64,000 nt of DNA from an uncultured Acidobacteriaceae bacterium (GCA_963804295.1 CAWDQS010000031.1:54139-118138); one strand, 5' to 3'. Shown: positions 19,152 through 28,047, counted from the first letter of the stretch. Program-made: numbers and translations. The notes: generated by a model from the sequence alone, not told the origin.

Positions 19152-20492
19152 CTAATCCATTGCATGCAAGGTGTCATAGGCTTCTTTCAGAGCTGGATCG
19201 CTCAGCCCAATCGATTTCAGCTTTGCTTCGATGCGCTCTTGAACAGCTCTGGAATCAGGGAAATCCTGGTCAGTCCAAAACCGGTCCTTCCGCTGGAAAT
19301 AGCCGGCCTCCTGCAGGAACCAAATTCCGTATCTGTAAGCGTCACCCTGCGTGTCATCCAAATCGCTCACTTTAAAAGAGCCGTCTGTCTGAAGCGAATT
19401 GGTCAGACACCAATCCAGCATCCGGGAAATCTCACTTCGAACCTGCCGCCGTGTTTCATCGTCCAAATCCGGCCAGGCGTATCGGAAGATCTTTACCGCG
19501 TCCCAGTTCAGATGGTTCTCGTAGTGACCTTCGAAACGGATACCGACAGGAAAATTCGCATGGTCGAGTTGCAGAAGGCGCCGAGCAATCATGTCCTTAT
19601 GCTTCACCTGCCCCTTAAGATCAGAAATGACATGGAACGTCATCGCCATGTCGTCCATTTTCCATACTCTTCCTTGACGATCCACCAACCACTGTCCCCA
19701 GCATCCGGTTTCAGGATTTTGCCAGCGCTCGACAAATGCATATAGAGAATCTTTGAGTTGAGGATGAAATGCGTAGCACCCTGTTTGTGGAGTTTCAAAC
19801 AGTAAACGGGCTATTGCGGAGAATGTTTCGTCTAATTCTTCGCGGTTGAATACTCCCGTTTTGGTAAAGTCGTTCATCAAGTCCGCATCGAGCTCAGCGT
19901 CAAGCTTATCCGGAGAATTGATCCTATCCAGAAAAGACAGCGGGTATCTCGGAGGCGGGTGGCACTCCTTGGCACGATCGACGGAATAATAGAGCCTGAG
20001 GTACCACACATCAATCCCCATTCCCCAGCTCCCATCGGATGGCTGCTGCGCGGCAGCCAGTTTCTGATTCTCCGGCTGGTCTAGGCTCTGGCGAAGATCG
20101 GCAATTCTCGCGCGGGTGGTTTCATCATCGGGCGTAAAATTCAATCGCCAGCGGATTTCACGATAGATGTGCATGGAGTAGTGCATATCGTCACCAGCCG
20201 CCTGACGGCGATTGATCTCCTTCACCAGCGGCTGCATGAGCGGCTCAAACTCTTTTAATCGTTTCTCTCTCGCCATGCGAATCTCCGCGATATCCCAATA
20301 GAATTCTGCATCGGTAAGGAACCTGTGTACGCGGGATTCGCCCGGAGACAGTGGAGGCGGGATAAATGCATGTACGCGATAGATTAGGACAGCGGCAACG
20401 GCTTGCTTGATCCGCGCGCGGCTGGCATAAGCGCCAAGCGCCACTGCCAGGATGCACACGATTACTATCAGCCAACGCTTCCTTCTGGCCAT
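19152..20492 (-). CDS. hypothetical membrane-anchored protein
   Basis: ATG 20492 lies 2 nt after the xseA stop. There is one N-terminal TM helix. Recurrent DGSW/GCWGQW/DGSF blocks are faintly reminiscent of alpha/alpha-toroid repeats. The gene looks AT-richer than its neighbours. Confidence 0.65.
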   Translation of the reverse strand: MARRKRWLIVIVCILAVALGAYASRARIKQAVAAVLIYRVHAFIPPPLSPGESRVHRFLTDAEFYWDIAEIRMAREKRLKEFEPLMQPLVKEINRRQAAGDDMHYSMHIYREIRWRLNFTPDDETTRARIADLRQSLDQPENQKLAAAQQPSDGSWGMGIDVWYLRLYYSVDRAKECHPPPRYPLSFLDRINSPDKLDAELDADLMNDFTKTGVFNREELDETFSAIARLLFETPQTGCYAFHPQLKDSLYAFVERWQNPETGCWGQWLVDRQGRVWKMDDMAMTFHVISDLKGQVKHKDMIARRLLQLDHANFPVGIRFEGHYENHLNWDAVKIFRYAWPDLDDETRRQVRSEISRMLDWCLTNSLQTDGSFKVSDLDDTQGDAYRYGIWFLQEAGYFQRKDRFWTDQDFPDSRAVQERIEAKLKSIGLSDPALKEAYDTLHAMD

Positions 20493-20494
20493 GC

Positions 20495-21901
20495 TCAATT
20501 CCCTATCTGCTGGCTGGCAGTCGTGGATTCCACGCGGCTGGTAAATGCGCCGTCTGAGAGGCGCGTCGTCACCTTGTCGCCCGCCGCAACCTGCGCCGTT
20601 GACCGGACCACCCCGCCTGCCTCGTCCATCACCAAAGCATAGCCGCGTTCCAATACAGCCAGCGGCGACAGCGTGTGCAGCCGCGCATCGAGCGCGCTGA
20701 GGTGAGTAGCGGATTCATGCACCTTGCGCTCCAGTGTGCGGTCCAGGTGTGTGCGGCAGACGGCCAGCCGTTCCCGCGCCACTCCAAGCTGCTGCCGTGG
20801 ATCGTGGCGCAAAACAGCGGCTGTCAGGTCGGCAACATCGCGCTGCTGCCGCCGGAGTTGTTCGCTGGCTGCTGTTTCCATCCGCAGGCTCAATTCGTCA
20901 AGCCGCTGCGCCAGTTTGTGCAGCAGCGTATTCACGCGCCCCTCTGCGCGACTCACCGGCAGCCGCGTCAACCGTTGCCGCGCTTGCAGCAGTTGGAAGC
21001 GCGCGGCCCGGGTAAGCCTGTGCTCCTGCTCGGCCAGGTGCTCGGCAATCTTGTGCTGCGCCTCGGTAATCAACTCGGCTGCGGCGGATGGCGTGGGTGC
21101 GCGCAAATCCGCAACAAAATCTGCAATCGTGAAGTCCGTCTCATGTCCGATCGCCGAAACCACCGGCAGCCGCGACTCCGCAATGGCCCGCGCCACCTGC
21201 TCGCTGTTGAAGGCCGCCAGGTCTTCCAGCGACCCTCCGCCGCGCGCCAGCACGATCACGTCCGCCAACCCCGCCTCGTTCAGTTCCGCAAGCGCCGCCT
21301 CAATCTCCGCGGGCGCGGAATCTCCCTGCACACTTACCGGGCAGACCAGCACGCTTAATCCCGAGTGACGCCGCGCCACAATGTTCAAGAAGTCACGAAT
21401 AACCGCGCCGGAAGGCGAGGTGATGATGCCCACAGTACGCGGAAACGCGGGCAGCGGCCGCTTGCGCTCCGCATCAAAGAGGCCCTCGGCCTTGAGTCGT
21501 GCCTTCAACTGCTCGAAGGCCAGTTGCAGCGAGCCCGCGCCTACCGGCTCCATCGTCTCGGCCACCAATTGCATCTGACCGCGCTGCTCGTAGACGCTCA
21601 CCCGTCCCCGCGCCAGAACGTGCAGCCCGTCCTCGGGCCGGAAGCGCAGCAGCATCGCCTGCCGCCGAAACAGCACCACCGGCAACTGAGCCTCAGCGTC
21701 CTTCAACGTAAAGTAAACGTGGCCGCTCGGCGCGGGGCGATAGTTTGAAATCTCCCCCTCCACCCATACGTCTCCGTACTCCTGTTCGATAAGCTCGCGC
21801 ACCTGGCCCACCAGCTCGCGCACCGGCCAAATGCGGCGCGAGGTCCGTGGCTCCTCAAAGCTCAGGCCAAGTTGCGGCGCAAATGGGTCTTCTCTGATCA
21901 C
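20495..21901 (-). CDS. xseA: exodeoxyribonuclease VII large subunit
   Basis: It has an OB-fold N-terminus (VWVEGEISNYRPAPSGHVYFTLKD), the catalytic region (VIVLARGGGSLEDL) and a long coiled-coil C-terminus. Confidence 0.9.
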   Translation of the reverse strand: MIREDPFAPQLGLSFEEPRTSRRIWPVRELVGQVRELIEQEYGDVWVEGEISNYRPAPSGHVYFTLKDAEAQLPVVLFRRQAMLLRFRPEDGLHVLARGRVSVYEQRGQMQLVAETMEPVGAGSLQLAFEQLKARLKAEGLFDAERKRPLPAFPRTVGIITSPSGAVIRDFLNIVARRHSGLSVLVCPVSVQGDSAPAEIEAALAELNEAGLADVIVLARGGGSLEDLAAFNSEQVARAIAESRLPVVSAIGHETDFTIADFVADLRAPTPSAAAELITEAQHKIAEHLAEQEHRLTRAARFQLLQARQRLTRLPVSRAEGRVNTLLHKLAQRLDELSLRMETAASEQLRRQQRDVADLTAAVLRHDPRQQLGVARERLAVCRTHLDRTLERKVHESATHLSALDARLHTLSPLAVLERGYALVMDEAGGVVRSTAQVAAGDKVTTRLSDGAFTSRVESTTASQQIGN

Positions 21902-21968
21902 TAGTAAGAGTGTAATAGCGCGAGCCTTAACAGAACTGAGGGAACCTCTGATTAACCGATGTCTTGAA

Positions 21969-22182
21969 AGGGCATGACTTTACAGATTGCGGAAAAACGC
22001 TTGACGCCGCCAACTCGCCATATCCGCGAAGCGGGCGCTAACTTGCCAAATTGATTCCCACAATCATCGCCGCACCTTCCCTCGATTCATTCAAATCCCG
22101 GCTCAATCACTACTTTGTTTCTTATAAGTAGTACCGTAAGTAACGCAAAATCAAAGCGGGCTTTGGCTTTAGCCCCGGAGAA
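21969..22182. repeat. degenerate REP-like modules in the tmk-xseA spacer
   Basis: AGGGCATGACTTTACAGATTGCGG (21969-21992) looks like a decayed hairpin module. GCGGGCTTTGGCTTTAGCCCCGGAGA lies at 22156-22182. Confidence 0.5.
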
Positions 22183-22218
22183 ATATTTTTCGGCAATTCG
22201 GACTATTGCTACAGGCAG

Positions 22219-22887
22219 TTAGGCGTTCCCACCGCAGGTGGCCAGCCGCTCGCAGACTGCCGCAATAATCCGCTCGTGAACCTCTTTGATGCTGTGGTCG
22301 CCCTCAATCAGCACCACGCGGGCCGGTTCGCGCGCAGCTATCCGTAGATACTGCTGCCTAGCGCGGTGGAAAAATGCCTTCTCCTCCTGCTCAAAGCGGT
22401 TTTCGTCCCCCATACTTTTGTTGGCGATGCGCTGGTTGCGTAGCCGCGCGCGAGCCAGCGAAGGCTCGAGCGAAGGCAGCAGAAGTAGTGTCATGTCGGG
22501 CTGCAGGTTGGAGCAGATGAGGCGGTGCAATTCAAGAACAGTCTCGGAACCCAGCTCGCGCCCGCCGCCCTGGTAGGCTTCCGTCGAATCCGTAAATCGG
22601 TCGCAGAGTACGATCTTGCCGGCCGCCATAGCGGGCTTGATGACCTCCGCGATAGCCTGGGCGCGGTCGGCGAACATGAGGGTCATCTCGCACAATGGCG
22701 TTATCCCCTTGGAGCGCGAGTCCAGCAACAGTGCGCGGATGTGGTCGCCGGTCGCCGTGCCGCCAGGCTGGCGGGTCAGCAAAACTTGGTGGCCGTGTTT
22801 TTTCAGCCAGGCTGCTAGACGGTTGATTTGCGTGGTTTTACCGGAACCGTCCAAGCCCTCGAAGGTTATAAACAAACCACGGCGCAT
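22219..22887 (-). CDS. tmk: dTMP (thymidylate) kinase
   Basis: It starts MRRGLFITFEGLDGSGKTTQ and has a DRF motif. The 222-aa length fits Tmk. Confidence 0.92.
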   Translation of the reverse strand: MRRGLFITFEGLDGSGKTTQINRLAAWLKKHGHQVLLTRQPGGTATGDHIRALLLDSRSKGITPLCEMTLMFADRAQAIAEVIKPAMAAGKIVLCDRFTDSTEAYQGGGRELGSETVLELHRLICSNLQPDMTLLLLPSLEPSLARARLRNQRIANKSMGDENRFEQEEKAFFHRARQQYLRIAAREPARVVLIEGDHSIKEVHERIIAAVCERLATCGGNA

Positions 22888-23003
22888 GGGCTGAGTTTAT
22901 CACCCGAATTTAGTTGCAGACGAGTCTACTTCCGTTGTGTTAAAAGAGAATAATTCCAAACGCCCCGGAGGCAGGCGACTGCGCTCCACAGGAGTTGAAA
23001 AAC

Positions 23004-24077
23004 GTGAATCAACGCGCCATACGCAAACTCGCCATATGCGCCCTCCTTACAGTCGGCTTGCTCTCCACCCGGCAACTCTGCGCGCAATACCTGACGCTGG
23101 AAGGTCAAACCGGCGGCTTCCTCACACCCACCGCCTACGTTGTCTACATGGAAAAGGGCCAGGCGCTCTCCCATCCAGCCATCGGCGCTCACTTCATTAA
23201 CGCCTCCAATGTGATCGGCAACATCGAGACCTTCAGTATCACAGAAGCGTTTTATGGCCGCGCCGAGGCCGGCTATACGCGCAGCGTGCATCAGTTCGGC
23301 AACAGTGGGCCGACTACCCCAGTGTTGGGCAATTTTGTGTTGGGTTCTACAGCGGCGGCCACGTCAACGCCTCTCACGCCGGATTTCAGCCAGCTTTGGA
23401 ACGCTAACGGCATGAACATCTTCCACGGCAAGGTGGTGGCCATCAACGATGGCCAGTTTGGCCCCTGGACGCCGGGTGTGGCCGTTGGTGGCCTGGTGCG
23501 CACCGGCGACAAATTTGTGAGTGGTATTCTCTACCAGGAGATACAGGCTCTCCTGGGAAATACCGTGCCCATCAAGTCGTATACCAATGAGGACATCTAT
23601 ATAGCTGTCACTAAGACCTGGGCCAAGAAGCCGGTTCCCTTCCTGGCCAATCTCGGCTGGAAGGCCACCAACGCCTCGATCTTCGGAATTGGCGGCCAGG
23701 CGAATAGATTTGGCGGACGGCTCTTCGGCGGCCTGGGTATCCCGCTTCCCCTGGGCCGCGGCATCGTTGCCGTGCCCTCGGCTGGGTTCACGCAGGAGCC
23801 GCCTACAGTCAAGAACCTTGGCCCGAGTTTCCCCAGCGGCATTCCTCTAGTTGCCGGCAAGGCTGATCTGCCCACCACACTGGACTACGCCGTGCGCATT
23901 ACCCAGAGAGATAAGCCGCACTTCGCTTTCGATATTGGTATCGGCCAGGTAGCCAGCAATATCGGAACGATCCCGCAGCTAACCGGCTTACCCTTAGGAT
24001 ATCCGCAGGTCGTCTACATTCCCGTGAATCTTCAGGCGAAGAAAGTAGTCGGCATGGGCATCAGCTACCGCTACTGA
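23004..24077 (+). CDS. putative outer-membrane beta-barrel protein
   Basis: It has a signal peptide (...LLSTRQLCAQ), alternating amphipathic strands and a C-terminal GISYRY ending in an aromatic residue. GTG 23004 lies 9 nt after AGGAG; the track start is TTG 22995. Confidence 0.55.
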   Translation: MNQRAIRKLAICALLTVGLLSTRQLCAQYLTLEGQTGGFLTPTAYVVYMEKGQALSHPAIGAHFINASNVIGNIETFSITEAFYGRAEAGYTRSVHQFGNSGPTTPVLGNFVLGSTAAATSTPLTPDFSQLWNANGMNIFHGKVVAINDGQFGPWTPGVAVGGLVRTGDKFVSGILYQEIQALLGNTVPIKSYTNEDIYIAVTKTWAKKPVPFLANLGWKATNASIFGIGGQANRFGGRLFGGLGIPLPLGRGIVAVPSAGFTQEPPTVKNLGPSFPSGIPLVAGKADLPTTLDYAVRITQRDKPHFAFDIGIGQVASNIGTIPQLTGLPLGYPQVVYIPVNLQAKKVVGMGISYRY

Positions 24078-24250
24078 TCGTGTTGTATTTCAAGAGGACT
24101 GAAGCAGAGAACGCTTCCTGTCCGGTTTTGACCAGAACGGGAAAGAGGGCTGAGGGTACGCTTGCAGCGATATACCCAAGCCCTCGCCCCGCGCTCGGAA
24201 AATTGATTCTCTCCGCGGAGCAGGCGCGAAAGAACCATGAGGTCCTTCTC

Positions 24251-24622
24251 ATGCGCATCTTCCGCTCCGCGCGTTGGCTCTTGCTGACGCTGTTTCTCGC
24301 TCTGATTCCCGCTTCATCGCGCGCGCAAGTCGTCATCTCTGTCGGCTTCGCTCCGCCGGAATTGCCGGTCTACGAGCAGCCGTACTGCCCTGAGCCCAAC
24401 CTGATATGGATGCCCGGCTACTGGGCCTACGATCAAGACCAGGGTGACTATTACTGGGAGCCCGGCGCATGGGTTCCGGCGCCTTATGACGGCGCGTTGT
24501 GGACTCCTCCCTATTGGGGATGGTACGGCGGCCACTATAGGTTCCATCGCAGCTACTGGGGCCGCCACGTGGGCTACTACGGCGGCGTGAACTATGGCTA
24601 TGGCTACGGCGGTATACCATGA
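24251..24622 (+). CDS. YXWGXW/WXXGXW-repeat secreted protein
   Basis: A signal peptide (MRIFRSARWLLLTLFLALIPASSRAQ) precedes repeated YWxPGxWxP-type motifs (GYWAYD, YYWEPGAWVPAP, WTPPYWGW). Confidence 0.7.
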   Translation: MRIFRSARWLLLTLFLALIPASSRAQVVISVGFAPPELPVYEQPYCPEPNLIWMPGYWAYDQDQGDYYWEPGAWVPAPYDGALWTPPYWGWYGGHYRFHRSYWGRHVGYYGGVNYGYGYGGIP

Positions 24623-24645
24623 AACTCAATCGCTAACTTGCATTC

Positions 24646-25422
24646 ATGACCGAATCCCCAAACCCCGCCGCAACCCGTCTCAACACCCACCTGGTCGAGG
24701 CCTGCCAGGATCCGCTCGATACCGCTCAGACTCAACGCTTCGAAGCTCTATTTTCGCTCTTTCTTCGCTGGAGCGCCCGTATCAACCTGACCTCCATCCG
24801 CGACGAAGAAGGGATTCTGAAGCGCCATTTTGTCGAGTCTATTGCCTGCGCTCGCTCCCTCCCCGCCGGCATCTCCACCCTGCTGGACTTCGGCTCCGGC
24901 GCTGGCTTCCCCGGCCTTCCCATCGCGCTCTGCCGTCCAGAGATCGCCGTCACCCTGGCCGAATCGCAGGGCAAGAAAGCAGCGTTTCTGCGCGAGGCCG
25001 TCCGAGTCTTGGGAGTCGCCGCAAAGGTCCACTCCGGTCGCGCCGAATCGCTGGCCACGCAATTCGACTGCGTCACTATGCGCGCCGTCGACAAGATGGA
25101 TCGTGCCGTACAATCGGCGGCAATGCTGGTCCGCCCTGGTGGCTGGCTCGCGTTGATGACGACAGAACAATATCTGGAAACTTTGAAAACGGCAGTTGCA
25201 CGATCCGCGAAAGAATTCGACGCAAACGAAAGACCTTATACGGAGGGAGGCGGAGGTTTCAACCTCCGTATTCTTCCGGCAAAATCATCGCGGGATTTAG
25301 CCCCGGAGAGACAAGACGCATCATCAACATCCATATTCACATGGACTGCAGCGCCCCTGCTCCCCGGCGGTTCCAGCCGCCTGCTCGCCCTCGGAAAACA
25401 AGAGATCGAGCAAAAGGTGTAG
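24646..25422 (+). CDS. rsmG: 16S rRNA (guanine527-N7)-methyltransferase RsmG with a C-terminal extension
   Basis: It carries INLTSIRDEEGILKRHFVES and the SAM motif LLDFGSGAGFPGLPIAL. The last ~45 codons read through a REP-like module (25290-25310), making the ORF longer than typical RsmG. Confidence 0.85.
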   Translation: MTESPNPAATRLNTHLVEACQDPLDTAQTQRFEALFSLFLRWSARINLTSIRDEEGILKRHFVESIACARSLPAGISTLLDFGSGAGFPGLPIALCRPEIAVTLAESQGKKAAFLREAVRVLGVAAKVHSGRAESLATQFDCVTMRAVDKMDRAVQSAAMLVRPGGWLALMTTEQYLETLKTAVARSAKEFDANERPYTEGGGGFNLRILPAKSSRDLAPERQDASSTSIFTWTAAPLLPGGSSRLLALGKQEIEQKV

Positions 25423-25434
25423 CACGAAGTAACA

Positions 25435-25557
25435 GGGCACGACTTCACCGGGGTCCCCAGCTACAGGTCTTTGTCGATGGGGTGGCTTTAGTCGTGCCGA
25501 AAAAATCTTAAAATGACGAAGGCTTTAGCCCCTGAGGGAACATGACGGAAGCCCTCA
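25435..25557. repeat. REP-like composite element (hairpin module + GGCTTTAGCCCCTGAGG module)
   Basis: GGGCACGACTT...AGTCGTGCC (25435-25498) is the hairpin module, with an expanded loop. GGCTTTAGCCCCTGAGGG (25521-25538) follows, and its CTGAGGG pairs with CCCTCAG at 25551-25557. The same two modules occur in inverted orientation at 60711-60774. Confidence 0.7.
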
Positions 25558-25983
25558 GTTCGCCATCTTGATCAGCGCCAGTTTCTTGATCGCGGCCAGA
25601 TCCTTCGCTGCCTTCACCATCAGCTTCACTCCGGTTCCCTCCGCGTAGCGCGGCGCTTCGTCGAGAATCTTCAGCGTACTCTTGGCCAGATCGCTTTTCC
25701 GCGCCGCCGCGACCGCTTTATCGCCAAGTGCGAACGCTACCCGAAAGCAGCCCGCGCACGGACCCAGATAAACGATGTTTCTCTTTTTCACTTTGAGCCG
25801 CAGCGACCAGCCGTACTTGAGTCCGGACGATTTCCACTCACTCTCGCCAACCCCCTGCTCCGCCAGGCAATAAAGCGCCATGCGCGCCAAGGCAAAATAC
25901 AAAACAATCACCGTCCCCGATGCAAAGGGAAAAGCGCCGCGCTTTTCTAGAGTGGCGTCAGCCGAAGTCGCGTTAGCTGTCAT
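25555..25983 (-). CDS. DUF3788-like small protein
   Basis: The pattern YGWSLRLKVKKRNIVYLGPCAGCFRVAFALGDK matches my memory of DUF3788. The assignment is unverified. Confidence 0.5.
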   Translation of the reverse strand: MTANATSADATLEKRGAFPFASGTVIVLYFALARMALYCLAEQGVGESEWKSSGLKYGWSLRLKVKKRNIVYLGPCAGCFRVAFALGDKAVAAARKSDLAKSTLKILDEAPRYAEGTGVKLMVKAAKDLAAIKKLALIKMAN

Positions 25984-26209
25984 GGGATTCCATACGAATA
26001 ATAGAGGAAACCGTTCCCGCAGGCGACGGGATCAGGTGAAGGGTACGGACTTCAGCCCGTACATTTGCCAAGTAATATAGCGAAACCAGAGTAGCTGTAT
26101 CCCGAAAGCAAAGCCACCTTGAACACTCTCAACTAGGTCACGTTTACTCTGGTTTCGATCTAGTCCCGGGCCTCTACCCCGGTTCATTCCCCCAACTGCA
26201 AAGGCAGGC

Positions 26210-27835
26210 TCAGGTTCTCCGCCGCCGCCGGTCTGCTGCGCGGAGCTTTCTTGAAGGTCGCATCGCCCGGTGCAGCGGATACTCTGGCAGCTTGCCAGCC
26301 AGAATTTGCTGGATGGTGAGGATTTGCAGCTTTGGATAAGTTGTCCCGTCCGTTGATTTGTACAGCCCGGCCTCGGCGGCCTCGCGGAGCATGGGTCGGG
26401 TCGGCTCGTCAAAGGAAATAAAGACGCCGATCTCGGCCTTCTCGCGGGTAAGAACGCCGACAAGATCCCGGACCTGGGGAACGGTGACGCCGCCCGCCTT
26501 GACGGAAAAGATGATCTGCTTGGACTGGCCGGAGTCGTCGTCGTGGAAGTAGAGGCGTCCGTCGATGCCGCGATCTGCGCCTTTTTTCTGCTCGGCGGGG
26601 CGCGCGCCGACCTGGCCCAGCGCCCACCACTGGAACTGGTACTTGTCTTCGGCGGCGAGTTCTGCGGCGCCTTCGTAGTCCGTCGGCTCGCCAATCACAT
26701 CGTAGGTGGTTTTGATCTCCGGACCGAAGGCGTCGGAGAGGCGTTTCTTGATGAGGCCAATGGCGAGATGGGTGATGTCAATGCCGATCCAGCGGCGGTT
26801 GAGGCGCTGGGCGACCTGAACGGTGGTACCGCAGCCGCAGAAGGGGTCCAGCACAAGATCGCCTTCGTTGGAGCTGGCTTTGATGATGCGTTCGAGGAGG
26901 GCTTCGGGTTTTTGGGTGGGGTAGCCGAGGCGTTCTTGGGCGTTGGCACTAATCGGTGGGATGTCGTCCCATAGGTTTTGGAGTCGCTCTCCTTTGCTTT
27001 CGTCTTCATACATCTTCAGACGCAAAGCTCCGACTGGCGAAGATGGGAAATGGAGACGTTTCTCTCGATCATATTTCTCCATCCGCTCCATGTTGCATGA
27101 CCAGCCGTTTCGGTGCGGCTGGTAGATGACACCATTGCTCGCTTTATAAGGGTAATGAAGGTTCGGACGGACGCCTGGATTTCTTAGAGTAACGGACTGC
27201 CACCTACGCCCGTCCGGATCGACATTCGGGTATTTCTGCACATTTTGTTCGGGCGTGAGGGCCTTGAATGGCTGATTCCACGTGTATGCCGATCCTTTCG
27301 TGTACCAAAGGAGGATGTCACTCACGGAGCCGTAGTTTCGACCGACATTTCCATGGGCAAATGTTCGTTTCCACGTGATCTCGTTTCCGAAGAATTGCGG
27401 ACCGAAAACCGCATCCATCAAAATCTTCAGGTAATGGCTGGCGGTGGGATCGCAGTGGAGATAGATGGAGCCGGTCTCTTTGAGGACGCGGCGGAGTTCG
27501 ACGAGGCGCGGGGCCATCATGGCGAGATAGGCCATCATGTCGGAGCCGTGGAGGTAGGACTCGAAGGCGCGGAGGGCGTCGGCGACACGGCCTCCCTGTT
27601 CGATGACTTGCTCCAGGGCGCGGCGTGATTCGATGTTCCACTCCCAAGTGTCCTCTTAGGCGTGAATCTGGGAGCTGGATTGGGAGCCGTCCTTTTCGGC
27701 GAAGAGGACGTTGTAGTCCTGGCGGGAGTTGAAGGGCGGGTCGAGATAAACCAGATCAACCGTCTCGTCCTTGACGTAGCGCCGAAGGACTTCAAGATTG
27801 TCGCCGTAGTAGAGCGTGTTTTTTTCGATAGCCAC
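26210..27835 (-). pseudogene. beta-class DNA methyltransferase (DPPF) fused to a C-terminal Mrr-like PD-(D/E)xK domain, interrupted by an in-frame TAA
   Basis: My own translation from GTG 27835 gives (M)AIEKNTLYYGDNLEVLRRYVKDETVDLVYLDPPFNS...SQIHA, then TAA (27658-27656), then EDTWEWNIE...MMAYLAMMAP in the same frame as track ORF 26210..27538. Motif I is DPFCGCGTT. The C-terminal GADRGIDG...IIFSVKAG...EIGVFISF resembles Mrr_cat. Confidence 0.8.
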
Positions 27836-27988
27836 TGGGTTGGCATGAGATTAACACATTGCGACGGCGGGATGCGGTAGTTATAACTCCCGCATGAACC
27901 AACAAGATTATTGCGGGCTTTAGCTCTGGAAGGAAGTTCCGTCGAAATAGAGGCAGGGTCAGTCCACAATTAATCTGCAACATTCTTA

Positions 27989-28004
27989 TGTTCCACGTGG
28001 AACA
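27989..28004. promoter_or_regulatory. parS site 1 (ParB binding)
   Basis: TGTTCCACGTGGAACA is the core of a perfect 18-bp palindrome, ATGTTCCACGTGGAACAT (27988-28005). It closely matches the parS consensus TGTTNCACGTGAAACA and lies 330 bp upstream of parA. Confidence 0.8.
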
Positions 28005-28031
28005 TTTCGGGAACCAGCCCAAAGCGGGAAA

Positions 28032-28047
28032 TGTTCCACGTGAAACT
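28032..28047. promoter_or_regulatory. parS site 2
   Basis: TGTTCCACGTGAAACT matches the parS consensus at 15 of 16 positions and lies 43 bp from site 1. Confidence 0.75.

Noticed and set aside
24594-25511. 305-aa arginine-rich ORF overlapping rsmG.
   Set aside because: It is an alternative frame of rsmG. The rsmG frame carries the SAM-binding motif and this frame carries nothing recognisable.
26032-26694. 220-aa S/P/T/R-rich ORF overlapping the 3' part of the methyltransferase gene.
   Set aside because: It is an out-of-frame overlap with the Mrr-like domain coding sequence, and its composition is not protein-like.
27361-27385. A third CACGTG-centred sequence (GTTTCCACGTGATCTC) inside the methyltransferase gene, considered as an extra parS.
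   Set aside because: Its flanks match the parS consensus at only about 3 of 10 positions.
27535-27969. Track ORF of 144 aa covering the region upstream of the methyltransferase ORF.
   Set aside because: It is in the wrong frame and its product is S/T/P-rich nonsense. The neighbouring frame encodes the canonical MTase N-terminus with DPPF and is contiguous with 26210..27538 across one TAA.
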